Shown here piece by piece: positions 17,480 to 26,869 of a stretch of 32,000 nucleotides of DNA; position 1 is the first letter of the stretch; each line of letters begins with the position of its first letter. The DNA lies in assembly GCF_014889545.1 (NCBI RefSeq), contig NZ_QKOF01000007.1, positions 165,718-197,717 of the forward strand, in the 5' to 3' direction. The notes under the pieces were generated by a model. The model was not told the DNA's origin. It worked only from the letters and a program-made list of their open reading frames with translations, and did not search any database. Made by a program: the position numbers and the translations under genes. Source of the stretch: Methanothermobacter thermautotrophicus (GTDB lineage Archaea > Methanobacteriota > Methanobacteria > Methanobacteriales > Methanothermobacteraceae).

Positions 17480-18694
17480 CTAGGCACATGATACAATGGC
17501 CTCGAGTTCCTCCTGGATCCTGATAAGCACATCCTGTCCGTTACCTGCCACAAGTATCCTCCCATACTCCCTGGAGAACTCCCTGACCATCCCTGGAATC
17601 TCCCGGGGGTCATGGGTGGTGAGGACCTCCGATGGGATCCTGAGTTCCCTCAGGTGCTCAAGGGCCATCTCAACCGTGTCCTCAAGCCCCGGAAAGAGTA
17701 CAAGGATTTCAGGTGGAGACTCTGCGATTTCATCAAGGATCCCCAGACGCCACTCCTCTGATCTTCGTGGTGTGCCCAGGAATACGACATCAAAATCAGA
17801 TTCACTGAGCAGGGCCCTCATGGCGTGGGGGTTATCGGTTTTACCTGCAACCACCACTGCACCATTCACACTGAACGATCTTATGCGGCCCGCCACCGGT
17901 CTGAACCCTGAGAGGTACCTGGCGGTGACCTCAGATGGTATTCCAAGAAATTTCAGGGCCTCCTCAGCGGCCCCTGCGTTGAGTCTGTTGAACTTCCCCT
18001 CCAGGACGAGTTCACCCCGGTAGGGGGTGTATCTCATGACCCTCCTGGCCCTCACTGTGAGTTCCCTGAGGTGGGGTTCGTCTTCAGATATGACCACATC
18101 CCTGCCCTCAAGGAACCCGGCCACCGAGTCCCTGTAGTTCTCCATGGACCCGTGAAAGTCCAGGTGGTCCTCTCCCAGGTTTGTGAGGACAACCAGGTCA
18201 ATGTCGAAGCACCTGGATGCGAATTCAAGGGTCATGTCGCAGACCTCCACCACCATGTAATCGAATTCCTCCTCAGATGCCCTCAGTATGACCTCAGTGT
18301 ATCCATCGAATCCGCCTCCTGCGTTTCCGCCGAGGAGGACCCTCCTGCCTGCACTCTCAAGTACATGTGCTATCATTGACGCCGTCGTGGTCTTCCCGTT
18401 GGTCCCTGTAACTGCAACTGTGACCGGCTCCCTGTGACCCCTGAGTACCCTGCAGAGGAGCCTGTCACTGAACCTTTCCCAGAGATCTGTGCCAAAGAGT
18501 GAGGGGCTCAGTACAACGGCATCAGATGAGGCTATCCTCTCTGTGTCATGGAAGCCAAGGTCAACGTCCACGCCCTCCATGTTCAGTTCAATATCATCCC
18601 TTATATCACTGGCGTATACGCTGTGGCCCCTCCTCCTGAGGGATTCAACAGCCTTTAAACCCTCAACTCCAAGTCCCAGAACCGCAATCCTCAT
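17480..18694 (-). CDS. Mur ligase-family protein (candidate pseudomurein peptide ligase)
   Basis: MRIAVLGLGVEGLKAVESLRRRGHSVYASD...VTVAVTGTNGKTTTASMIAHVL...LTNLGEDHLDFHGSMENYRDS. The ATG at 18694 has an SD-like GGTGA; the track extends to 18760. Confidence 0.85.
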   Translation of the reverse strand: MRIAVLGLGVEGLKAVESLRRRGHSVYASDIRDDIELNMEGVDVDLGFHDTERIASSDAVVLSPSLFGTDLWERFSDRLLCRVLRGHREPVTVAVTGTNGKTTTASMIAHVLESAGRRVLLGGNAGGGFDGYTEVILRASEEEFDYMVVEVCDMTLEFASRCFDIDLVVLTNLGEDHLDFHGSMENYRDSVAGFLEGRDVVISEDEPHLRELTVRARRVMRYTPYRGELVLEGKFNRLNAGAAEEALKFLGIPSEVTARYLSGFRPVAGRIRSFSVNGAVVVAGKTDNPHAMRALLSESDFDVVFLGTPRRSEEWRLGILDEIAESPPEILVLFPGLEDTVEMALEHLRELRIPSEVLTTHDPREIPGMVREFSREYGRILVAGNGQDVLIRIQEELEAIVSCA

Positions 18695-18713
18695 CGATTC
18701 ACCGTTCCTGCCC

Positions 18714-18980
18714 TCAGTTATCATCCCTTTCATCAGAGACTCCCTTATCCTCTTCATCATCGGATACTCCGTACTCCTCCTTGAGCTGGGCTATTATATC
18801 CTCATTCTTTGACACCTCTGGCTTCACCGTCCCTTCATCCCCACTAACCTTCTTTCTCCTTCCTATAAAAACAATCAGTACGATTATGACTGCAATGGCC
18901 GCTATAACAGCTGCAACGGTTATGATAACGTCAATGCCTATTACTGGAGTCTCTGTACCGGCTCCGGGTCCCATTGTCAC
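18714..18980 (-). CDS. Small bitopic membrane protein with charged cytoplasmic tail
   Basis: VIGIDVIITVAAVIAAIAVIIVLIVFIGRRKKVSGDEGTVK... with GAGGT at 18981-18985 before the GTG/ATG start. Just upstream of the Mur ligase, same strand. Confidence 0.6.
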   Translation of the reverse strand: MTMGPGAGTETPVIGIDVIITVAAVIAAIAVIIVLIVFIGRRKKVSGDEGTVKPEVSKNEDIIAQLKEEYGVSDDEEDKGVSDERDDN

Positions 18981-18990
18981 ACCTCAAAAT

Positions 18991-19020
18991 TTTATATAAA
19001 CGATCATACAATATATATCT
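18991..19020. promoter_or_regulatory. Divergent promoter with two TATA-like boxes (18991-19000 for +, about 19010-19019 for -)
   Basis: tttatataaa is about 27 bp upstream of the plus-strand ATG at 19024. An atatatat element lies about 25-30 bp upstream of the minus-strand SD. Confidence 0.55.
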
Positions 19021-19023
19021 TAC

Positions 19024-19587
19024 ATGATAATCAGGGATTTAAGGGGGCAGGGGGGTGCAGAATACATACTGCTCTTCGCAGCGATAATAGTGATAGCTGT
19101 TGCAGCCCTCTACATATACAGCTCCTACTTCAAATTCGCAGGGAACGAGACCGTGGAGGTCAAACTCACCATAACGAATATCGGACCATCCAAGAGCAAG
19201 TTCATCTATGAGGCCAACAACACCACGGGTGGTGGGAGCAGGCACATAGTATCAGGGGACCCAGGTAACAGATTCTTCCTTCTCCAGCCGGGTGCAAGCA
19301 GGACCTTCAACCTTGGGAGGATGAGTGGGGGTACAAGCTTCACCATTGAGGGGGGAGTGGGAGACCCCCGCGGCGGAACAGATGACCTGAGGGGTATAGG
19401 TCAGAGGGGCCGCTGGACCCTCACAATCGGCAACCAGACCTACTCATGGGTTATAAGCGGACCCTACGACTACCGCAGGAACCCCACCGGCAGTGTGCTG
19501 ATGTCCTTCTCAATAAGTGGAGGTGGAGGTTCACCCTTCAAATTCAGCAGTGACCAGGTTCAGGTGAGGGGAAACGTATCAGGCTGA
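19024..19587 (+). CDS. Archaeal class III signal peptide (type IV pilin-like) protein
   Basis: MIIRDLRGQGGAEYILLFAAIIVIAVAALYIYSSYFKFAGNET: QGGAEYILL matches the QXSXEXXXL-type class III motif followed by a hydrophobic helix and a beta-rich domain. Confidence 0.8.
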   Translation: MIIRDLRGQGGAEYILLFAAIIVIAVAALYIYSSYFKFAGNETVEVKLTITNIGPSKSKFIYEANNTTGGGSRHIVSGDPGNRFFLLQPGASRTFNLGRMSGGTSFTIEGGVGDPRGGTDDLRGIGQRGRWTLTIGNQTYSWVISGPYDYRRNPTGSVLMSFSISGGGGSPFKFSSDQVQVRGNVSG

Positions 19588-19670
19588 GAGATCTGAAGCT
19601 AGAGCAGCAGAAATTCACTGTGATGGGGAACCCGTCAGGATTAGATGAGAAAATGTGAGGGGTGATGTGT

Positions 19671-20162
19671 TTGAGCAGATATGAGAGGGCCACATTCGGT
19701 GCTGGATGCTTCTGGGGGGTTGAGGATGCCTTCAGGAAGGTTGAGGGTGTTGTGTCCACCAGGGTGGGATACATGGGGGGTCACACTGAGAACCCCACCT
19801 ATGAGGATGTATGCACCGGCCTCACAGGACATGCCGAGGTGGTTGAGGTAACCTTTGACCCTGAGGTTGTGGGTTACAGGGACCTCCTTGACGTCTTCTG
19901 GAGCATACATGACCCGACAACCCTCAACAGGCAGGGCCCGGACGTTGGGGAGCAGTACCGCTCGGTCATATTCTACCACAGCGATGAACAGAGGAAGGAG
20001 GCCCTGGAGTCAAGGAGGAGGCTTAAAGAGTCCGGGAGGTTCATGGACAGGATAGTTACAGCCATAGAGCCGGCAGGCACCTTCTATGAGGCCGAGGAGT
20101 ACCACCAGCAGTATCTTGAGAAAAACCCCCAGAGGAGATGCTACATAAGGAGATTTTACTGA
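19671..20162 (+). CDS. msrA: Peptide methionine sulfoxide reductase MsrA
   Basis: [58 protein letters not shown]...[27 protein letters not shown]: full MsrA signature including GCFWG. TTG 19671 has ideal SD spacing; the track starts at 19662. Confidence 0.97.
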   Translation: MSRYERATFGAGCFWGVEDAFRKVEGVVSTRVGYMGGHTENPTYEDVCTGLTGHAEVVEVTFDPEVVGYRDLLDVFWSIHDPTTLNRQGPDVGEQYRSVIFYHSDEQRKEALESRRRLKESGRFMDRIVTAIEPAGTFYEAEEYHQQYLEKNPQRRCYIRRFY

Positions 20163-20185
20163 ACCTAGACAGGATGGCTGATTAA

Positions 20186-21856
20186 ATGAAAAGGATATGT
20201 GATGATGTATCCCTGGTGCTCTGCGGTGAGGCAGGGCAGGGCATACAGACAGTGGAGACCCTCCTGATAGGGGCCTTCAAGGCCACCGGCTACCACATAT
20301 TCTCCTCCAAGGAGTACATGTCCCGTGTCCGTGGAGGAGAGAACTCCACACTGATAAGGGTGTCATCCAGGCCGGTGCGGGCCTTCATAGAGAGGGTGGA
20401 TGTGCTATTTGCACTGAGCCCGGGTGCAGTGGAACACATGGGTGACCGTGCGAAGGAGACACTGGTCATTGCAGATGATGGCTTTGATGAGGAGGGCGCC
20501 ATAGGGTTGCCGATAATAGCCGAGGCAGAGAAACTTGGGGGCAGGATATTCGCCAACGTCGTTGCAGCGGGTGCAGCCGCAAACCTCTTCGGTGTTAATG
20601 AGGAAACATTTGATGGGGCTGTGAGGTCCCTCTTCGAACGTAAGGGTCCAGATATATTGGAGGCTGACCTGAGGGCCGGTAGGAAGGGCTATGAACTCGG
20701 TGAGGAACTCAGGGGGCACCTGGAGATCAGCATTGAGCCCCAAACATCGGTGAGGGAACACGTGGTCCTCAACGGGACAGAGGCCGTTGGCATAGGATGC
20801 ATCGCAGGGGGCTGCCGCTTCATGTCATCCTACCCCATGACACCCTCAACTCCACTGCAGATATTCATATCAGAGAATGCCGATGAATTCGATATGGTCT
20901 TCGAGCAGGCAGAGGACGAGATTGCAGCCATTAACATGTGCCTGGGGGCCTCCTATGCAGGTGCAAGGTCCCTTGTTGCAACCTCAGGGAGTGGATTTGC
21001 CCTCATGGAGGAGGCTGTGGGCCTTGCAGGTATGATAGAAACGCCTGTGGTTATATACATAGGCCAGAGACCCGGGCCGGCCGTCGGTCTTCCCACCAGG
21101 ACAGCCCAGGAGGACCTGAACCTCGCCCTCTACTCCGGGCCGGGTGAGTTCCCCAGGGCAATTCTGGCTCCCGGGAAACTCGAGGATGCCCCTGATATAG
21201 CAGCCCATGCCTTCAACCTTGCAGAAAGGTACCAGGTACCCGTATTTCTGCTCTCAGACCAGTACCTGGCGGACCTCTACTACAACCTCCCTGCTCCTGT
21301 GGTCAGCGTGGAACCCGAGTACCATTTAGTCAGGACATGGGAGGGGTACAGGAGATTCGAGTTCACAGATGACGGTATCTCACCCAGGGGTATCCCGGGC
21401 CATGGTTCCGGGATGGTCAGGGTGGACTCTGATGAACACGATGAGGAGGGCCTGATAACTGAGGACATGGATGTCAGGAGGCGGATGGTTGAGAAGAGGA
21501 ACATGCGCCTTGATATGCTGAGGGATGATGCCCTGAAACCCGAGGTCATCGGTGATAATTCACATGCCCTGATATGCTGGGGCTCCACCTACTGGCCGGT
21601 CCGGGAGGCCATAGAGTCCTCGGATGCCGATGTGGCCATGGTGCACTTCAGTCAGGTATACCCCCTCCCACATGACACCCTGGAGCTCCTTGAATCCTTT
21701 GAAAGGACCGCCGTGGTTGAGAACAACTATGGGGGCCAGTTCGCGGACCTCCTTAAGCTCGAGGGATTTGAGGCCGATGCCAGGTTGAACAGGTATGATG
21801 GTATGCCCTTCAGTGTTGAGGGTGTTGCAGGGTTCATTGAGGAGGTTCTACTATGA
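20186..21856 (+). CDS. 2-oxoacid:acceptor oxidoreductase, fused gamma-alpha subunit
   Basis: [43 protein letters not shown] (gamma domain), then [75 protein letters not shown] (alpha domain). Confidence 0.93.
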   Translation: MKRICDDVSLVLCGEAGQGIQTVETLLIGAFKATGYHIFSSKEYMSRVRGGENSTLIRVSSRPVRAFIERVDVLFALSPGAVEHMGDRAKETLVIADDGFDEEGAIGLPIIAEAEKLGGRIFANVVAAGAAANLFGVNEETFDGAVRSLFERKGPDILEADLRAGRKGYELGEELRGHLEISIEPQTSVREHVVLNGTEAVGIGCIAGGCRFMSSYPMTPSTPLQIFISENADEFDMVFEQAEDEIAAINMCLGASYAGARSLVATSGSGFALMEEAVGLAGMIETPVVIYIGQRPGPAVGLPTRTAQEDLNLALYSGPGEFPRAILAPGKLEDAPDIAAHAFNLAERYQVPVFLLSDQYLADLYYNLPAPVVSVEPEYHLVRTWEGYRRFEFTDDGISPRGIPGHGSGMVRVDSDEHDEEGLITEDMDVRRRMVEKRNMRLDMLRDDALKPEVIGDNSHALICWGSTYWPVREAIESSDADVAMVHFSQVYPLPHDTLELLESFERTAVVENNYGGQFADLLKLEGFEADARLNRYDGMPFSVEGVAGFIEEVLL

Positions 21857-22719
21857 GGCCAGAGGATTATGACATGGAAACTGACATCGCATGGTGTCCT
21901 GGATGCGGTAACTTCTCCATCCTGAGGGCCCTTAAAATGGCCCTTGCAGAACTTGAGATACCCCCTGAGAGGCTTGTACTTGTCTCGGGGATAGGCCAGG
22001 CCGGGAAGCTCCCCCAGTACATGAGGTGCAACCACTTCAATGGACTGCATGGCAGATCACTCCCGGCTGCGGTGGCCATCAAGGCCGTGAACCCTGAACT
22101 CACCGTTATCGATGTGAGCGGTGACGGCTGCATGTACGGTGAGGGCGGGAACCACTTCATCCATAACATCCGGAGGAACCCTGATATAACCACCATCGTC
22201 CATGACAACATGGTCTACGGCCTCACCAAGGGCCAGGCGTCCCCCACAAGTCAGCCCGGCTTTAAGACTCCGGTGCAGGTCCATGGGGTCTTTGAGGAAC
22301 CATTCAACCCCATAGCCGTGGCGGTTGCCCTGGGGGCCACCTTCGTTGCAAGGGCCTTCTCAGGGGATGTTGAGAGGACACGTGACATACTGGTTGAGGC
22401 CATCAGCCACCATGGATATGCCCTCGTGGATATATTCCAGCCATGTGTGACCTTCAACCGTGTTAACACCTTCCAGTGGTTCCGTGAGCACACCTACTAC
22501 ACTGAACATGACCCTGAAGACAGGTTGCTGGCCTTTGAGAAGTCCCTTGAGGGATACGGTGGGGGTAAGTTTCCACTGGGGGTCATATACAGGGTTGAGG
22601 GTGAGAGGACCTTCGAGGAGAACCTGAGTATATACCGGGAGGATTCCACTCCACTCTGGAGGAGGAGCCATGACCCTGAAAAACTGAAGCGTCTCATTGA
22701 ATCAAAGAGGAGGGTGTAG
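21853..22719 (+). CDS. 2-oxoacid:acceptor oxidoreductase, beta (TPP-binding) subunit
   Basis: [18 protein letters not shown]...[57 protein letters not shown] (TPP-binding GDG...). ATGA overlap with the alpha gene. Confidence 0.93.
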   Translation: MRPEDYDMETDIAWCPGCGNFSILRALKMALAELEIPPERLVLVSGIGQAGKLPQYMRCNHFNGLHGRSLPAAVAIKAVNPELTVIDVSGDGCMYGEGGNHFIHNIRRNPDITTIVHDNMVYGLTKGQASPTSQPGFKTPVQVHGVFEEPFNPIAVAVALGATFVARAFSGDVERTRDILVEAISHHGYALVDIFQPCVTFNRVNTFQWFREHTYYTEHDPEDRLLAFEKSLEGYGGGKFPLGVIYRVEGERTFEENLSIYREDSTPLWRRSHDPEKLKRLIESKRRV

Positions 22720-22833
22720 CTTCAATTTAATTGATGCTGTATTCAATTATCGATGGGGGAAAATAGAAAATTAATGAAGGTATAAAGGTGATTGTGAATA
22801 AAAGTTCCACACACCCATTGGAGTGGTGATACC

Positions 22834-23172
22834 GTGAAAGAGAACATCAAACTCTACATAACCAGTGGTGAGGTTGAGGACTACCATGTTTTTCTTGAGA
22901 GGCTAGGGCAGTCCGGTCTTTCCTGGAGACCAGCGGATCCCGGGGATGCCGATGCAGTCATAGTACTTGCAGGTCTCTGGGGAAGCCAGAGGGATGAGAT
23001 AATGGGTGCTGTGGATCTTGCACGTAAATCATCAAAGCCCGTGATAACAGTGCGGCCCTATGGTCTTGAGAATGTGCCGCCTGAACTGGAAGCTGTGAGT
23101 TCTGAGATCGTCGGCTGGAACCCCCACTGCATAAGGGATGCTGTTGAGGATGCCCTGGACTCAATCCATTAG
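22834..23172 (+). CDS. ThsB/MTH538-family TIR-like domain protein (DUF1863 type)
   Basis: [112 protein letters not shown]: TIR-like/flavodoxin-like pattern ending in the IVGWN..CIRDAV signature. GTG start with a GGTGAT SD. Confidence 0.75.
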   Translation: MKENIKLYITSGEVEDYHVFLERLGQSGLSWRPADPGDADAVIVLAGLWGSQRDEIMGAVDLARKSSKPVITVRPYGLENVPPELEAVSSEIVGWNPHCIRDAVEDALDSIH

Positions 23173-23240
23173 GGAACATAGGATCCCTATCTGCAAACTG
23201 AAAGATGAATCCATCAGGAACATAGGATCCCTATCTGCAA
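23163..23240. repeat. Direct repeat spanning a gene stop codon (23163-23196 and 23208-23240)
   Basis: aatccattagggaacataggatccctatctgcaa versus aatccatcaggaacataggatccctatctgcaa. The first copy contains the TAG stop (23170-23172). Confidence 0.95.
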
Positions 23241-23362
23241 CCGCTGAAGCAGGTCTATAAAGAAGCACATGAGATCAATACACAATCATAGAACCAGAAA
23301 CCATCAATAAAAATGACTTAAAGCTATCAGGATTTAAAAAAGAAAGTTTGGGGTGGCCATTT

Positions 23363-23902
23363 TCAGGCCGATGATTTAACCACAAACATACCGGGCTTAC
23401 TTGAAGTGGGGTGGTATATCTTGTTGTAGCCACTGTAGTCGTAGTCAACCCAGCGCCCCCCACTGTACACCTGTACAGTACGGTGACGTGGTGACATGCC
23501 TGTGGCGTACTGTATTATACGCACCGTCTTCCCGGATGATGTGAGTTTTCTGTATAAATATTCACTCATGGCCCAGCAGTCCCCTATGTCTGGATCATAG
23601 CGATACGTGCTGGTACTGTAGGCTGCCCGCACCCGCTTCTTCCTGTAGGTCTTCTTTGAGTACCTTTTCTTCACGCTGGTACGGTATGTAGCCCTGACCT
23701 TCTTCCTGTAGGTCTTCTTGTACTTCTTGTACTTCTTGTACTTGTATGCGGCGTCAACCTTGACAGGTTCAGCCTTTATATTATCAGTTTTCGTTACTAT
23801 TTTTGCGTTTTCTGTTCCACTATTTACTGCCTCACTGATGGGCACTGAACCCACAGTGAACATCAGTGCAAAGAGCACTGTGACTGCTTTGAATCGCGTA
23901 AT
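23363..23902 (-). CDS. Secreted, highly basic transglutaminase-like cysteine protein
   Basis: Signal peptide (TRFKAVTVLFALMFTVGSVPISEA), basic Tyr/Lys/Arg repeat region (YKYKKYKKYKKTYRKKVRATYRTSVKKRYSKKTYRKKRVRAAY), then a Cys/His/Asp arrangement (GDCWAMSEYLYRKL...SPRHRTVQV...WVDYDYSGY). The track extends to 23950; SD spacing suggests an ATT start at 23902. Confidence 0.75.
   Translation of the reverse strand: MTRFKAVTVLFALMFTVGSVPISEAVNSGTENAKIVTKTDNIKAEPVKVDAAYKYKKYKKYKKTYRKKVRATYRTSVKKRYSKKTYRKKRVRAAYSTSTYRYDPDIGDCWAMSEYLYRKLTSSGKTVRIIQYATGMSPRHRTVQVYSGGRWVDYDYSGYNKIYHPTSSKPGMFVVKSSA
23636..23740 (-). repeat. In-frame internal repeats in the transglutaminase-like gene
   Basis: 21-bp direct repeat cttcttcctgtaggtcttctt at 23636-23656 and 23699-23719 (63-bp period, in frame). 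Three perfect copies of 9-bp cttcttgta at 23714-23740 (KYKKYKKYK). Confidence 0.93.
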
Positions 23903-24355
23903 TTTATCGCCTCCAATGTCCAATACTAACCCTAAGGTCACTAAGGACACTGAGTCAATGGTTACATCATCCTAGTATATAAATGTTTCCATAAAATAAA
24001 AGCTCTCTGAGCTTCTTTAATCCAGAAAAGCCTTCAGAATCCTTTTCTAATATCCAGATACTCTCTGAGAGTCCATGGCATTTTATTTAAGGAGAGGGGT
24101 CTCTGGGGAATCCCATTTGAGGTTTTGGACAGTAAGCACTGTCTGATCGAAAAGCAATTCAGAGGACAAATCCAGTATAAAGAGCCATCCATATATCCCA
24201 TTAATGTTAAAAGAAGATCCAGAAGGTTTAATATGTTAAAAACGAGGTGATAATTGAAATTTGAATTTAAAACTTTTCTGATAGCTCAAATAGCCTCAAA
24301 GACAACTTTAAACACACAAAATTAAAAATAGAATTATTTCTGTGTCCCTGAAAAA

Positions 24356-26869
24356 TCAGCCGGCCTTTTCTATGATGGATGTTCCGTCAGACTTTTCAAC
24401 CCTGTAGATATGGTCTGCAAGGTTTTCAAGTTCCTCCTCATGTGATACAAGGATTATCTGTCTGGATTCAAGTTCATCAAAGATGTCCCTGAGCTTGTAG
24501 AGCTGTTCCTTGCTGAATCCATCGGTGGGTTCGTCAAGTATGAGGATGTCTGACCTCACATCGGTGAGCCTCTGTACCACCATGTTCAGTGCAAGCCTGT
24601 ATGCAAGTGCTATGCTGGTCCTCTCACCACCACTGAGGTATTCAAGGTTCTGCTCATAGCCGTCCTGCTCGATGATGGGTGTGAAGTCCTCATCAACCCT
24701 CACAGATTTGCTGGGGTCATCCACGAGGACCCTGAACCATTTCTGGAATCTCTCATTGAACTCATGGTTTATCTGTGCCATCACATGGGTCTCAATGTCG
24801 GCGAGAGCAGGGATGAAGTACTCCTCGAGCCAGGTCACATAGTTTCCCAGTTCCCGTGCACGTTTCCTGAGTTCTCTCTTTTTAGCAATTTCAGACTCAA
24901 GGTTACCAATCTGTCTCTGCTTCTCCTCGATTTTTCCTTCAACTGCACCCCTTCTGTCTCTTTTTTCATCTCGAAGATTTTCCATTTCACCGATACTCTG
25001 GGTTAGCTCATGTATACTGGACTCAACTTCATCCCTGTTTTTGAGTGCCTCTTCATTTTCCTTGATTTTAGCTTTCTTTTCAGCGATTTTATTTTTATTT
25101 TCATCAATTTTCTTGAGGTTATCTCTGTATTCCCTGCTGGTCTCAGGGTTGAGTTCACTGATCCTGGTCCTGAGATGATCCATCCTGTCCTCTGTTGCTG
25201 CAAGTCTGCCAGAGCATTCTGACTCACGCTCACGCAGGGATTTCAGTTCATTCTCCACACTGTTAAATTCAGATTCTGCGTCCTTCAGTTCCTCGATTAT
25301 CCTCTCAGTCCCTGCAATCTCTTCCTCAATCTCCCGGATCCTTTCTCTGGTTTTATCAAGCCCTTCACGCTTTCTACGGCACTCATCAATCCGTTTCGCA
25401 AGGTCCTCCCTGAGCAGCCTCAGTTCATCCCGGGCCCTCTTATATTCCCCTATACGCTTCAGGAGTTCATTTTTATCCAAGATTTCATTTCTGAGCTCTG
25501 ATATCCTTGATTCAACTGATTTCCTTCTTTCACGGGCCTCGCTGAGTCTATCATCTATGTAGTCCGGGTCAACCTCCTGGTCACATGTGGGGCATATCCC
25601 CCTGGTTCCGATGGATTTGTAGTCCTCTATCTTACCCTTGATCCCGCCGAGTTCCTGCTGGAGAGCCGACACCTCAACCTCAAGCCTCCTGATCCCGGCT
25701 TCAACTTCATCCTCCCTGTATCCAGGATCCTCAATGGACTCCATGACCTCTATCTTTGATTTTATTCGGCCAGTGTACTCTTCAATCCATGATATTTCAT
25801 CCTCAAGTTCCTTCCCTGTCTTAAGGAGATTTTTGAGTTCACTGGTAAGGTTCCTGAACTGGATTGAGGCTTCCCTGAACCTCCGGGAGTCCTCCATGAG
25901 GGATTCCCTTTTCATCTCAATTCCCTGTATCCTTTCCCTGAGTGACCCGAGTTCCTCCTGGACCTTCTCCCTTCTATCCTTGCATCTCTGGAGTTCATCA
26001 ACGGATCTCTGATACTCCTCCTCTATATCCCTGTTCCTTTCCATGAGTCTCTCTGAGGATGACATCAGGATTTCCATCTCATTTTTAAGGGATTCTATCT
26101 CCTTCTCGGCACTATCAATCCTGTTCTTCTCTACCTGAAGACCCTCCATCTCTGATTCAAGTTTACGTATCTCTTCCTCAATTTTTTCTATATCCCCGTC
26201 AAGGAGTTTCTTCTCTGCTTCAATCTCCTTCTTCTCGCTCAGAAGGTTCTCAAGTTCTCCCTCCTTATCCTCAAGGTCATAGGACCTATCTTCAAGGCTC
26301 TCTGATTCCCTTCTTATTCTCCTGGAAACAAGCCTTGCATTATCAGCCGCCCTGCTGTACTTCTCAATGTCAAAGGCCTTCCTGAGCCTTTCAAGACGGT
26401 CATTCCTGGGGGCCTCAATTATGCTCTTCATCTGCTCCTGTGGGGTGAAGACAGCGTAACGGTATATCCTGCTCTTGGCCCTGGGGTTCAGGGGTTCCCT
26501 GTAACCGAGTATCTCAAGTACCTCGGCCTTCAATTCCTTTGCAGAGAGTTTCCTGACCCCACGGGGTGTTCTGATGTGGAGTTCGCCCTGCTGAACCCCG
26601 CTGGACCCCCTCCTGAGTTCCCTGTAAACCGTGTACTCCTCTCCCTCAACGGTGAAGGTGAGCTTAACCGAACCTGAATTTGATGTGGCCCTCAGGAGGC
26701 TGTCACCCCTCTGATCACCCAGGCCGAAGAGGGCGAATTCTATTGCAAGGAGCAGAGTGGTCTTACCTGAACCAATATCACCCTCAAATAGGGTCACCCC
26801 CTCATCAAACTCAACCCTTCCCGACTCATAGCTCCTTATGTTCCTGATTTCAAGTGAATTGATGATCAA
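24356..26869 (-). CDS. rad50: DNA double-strand break repair ATPase Rad50
   Basis: [49 protein letters not shown] (Walker A), CPTCDQEV zinc hook between coiled coils, [17 protein letters not shown]...[17 protein letters not shown] signature/Walker B. Confidence 0.98.
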   Translation of the reverse strand: MIINSLEIRNIRSYESGRVEFDEGVTLFEGDIGSGKTTLLLAIEFALFGLGDQRGDSLLRATSNSGSVKLTFTVEGEEYTVYRELRRGSSGVQQGELHIRTPRGVRKLSAKELKAEVLEILGYREPLNPRAKSRIYRYAVFTPQEQMKSIIEAPRNDRLERLRKAFDIEKYSRAADNARLVSRRIRRESESLEDRSYDLEDKEGELENLLSEKKEIEAEKKLLDGDIEKIEEEIRKLESEMEGLQVEKNRIDSAEKEIESLKNEMEILMSSSERLMERNRDIEEEYQRSVDELQRCKDRREKVQEELGSLRERIQGIEMKRESLMEDSRRFREASIQFRNLTSELKNLLKTGKELEDEISWIEEYTGRIKSKIEVMESIEDPGYREDEVEAGIRRLEVEVSALQQELGGIKGKIEDYKSIGTRGICPTCDQEVDPDYIDDRLSEARERRKSVESRISELRNEILDKNELLKRIGEYKRARDELRLLREDLAKRIDECRRKREGLDKTRERIREIEEEIAGTERIIEELKDAESEFNSVENELKSLRERESECSGRLAATEDRMDHLRTRISELNPETSREYRDNLKKIDENKNKIAEKKAKIKENEEALKNRDEVESSIHELTQSIGEMENLRDEKRDRRGAVEGKIEEKQRQIGNLESEIAKKRELRKRARELGNYVTWLEEYFIPALADIETHVMAQINHEFNERFQKWFRVLVDDPSKSVRVDEDFTPIIEQDGYEQNLEYLSGGERTSIALAYRLALNMVVQRLTDVRSDILILDEPTDGFSKEQLYKLRDIFDELESRQIILVSHEEELENLADHIYRVEKSDGTSIIEKAG

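Noticed and set aside
22834-23172. Complete Thoeris defence system
   Set aside because: Only the ThsB-like TIR-like protein is present. No ThsA (SIR2/SLOG or TM effector) lies in the neighbourhood.
24764-26012. Plus-strand ORFs opposite rad50 (and similar shadow ORFs opposite herA, nurA, mre11 and the Mur ligases)
   Set aside because: They lie antisense to strongly supported genes, have low-complexity S/L-rich translations and lack motifs. They arise from the GC/AG-biased codon usage on the coding strand.
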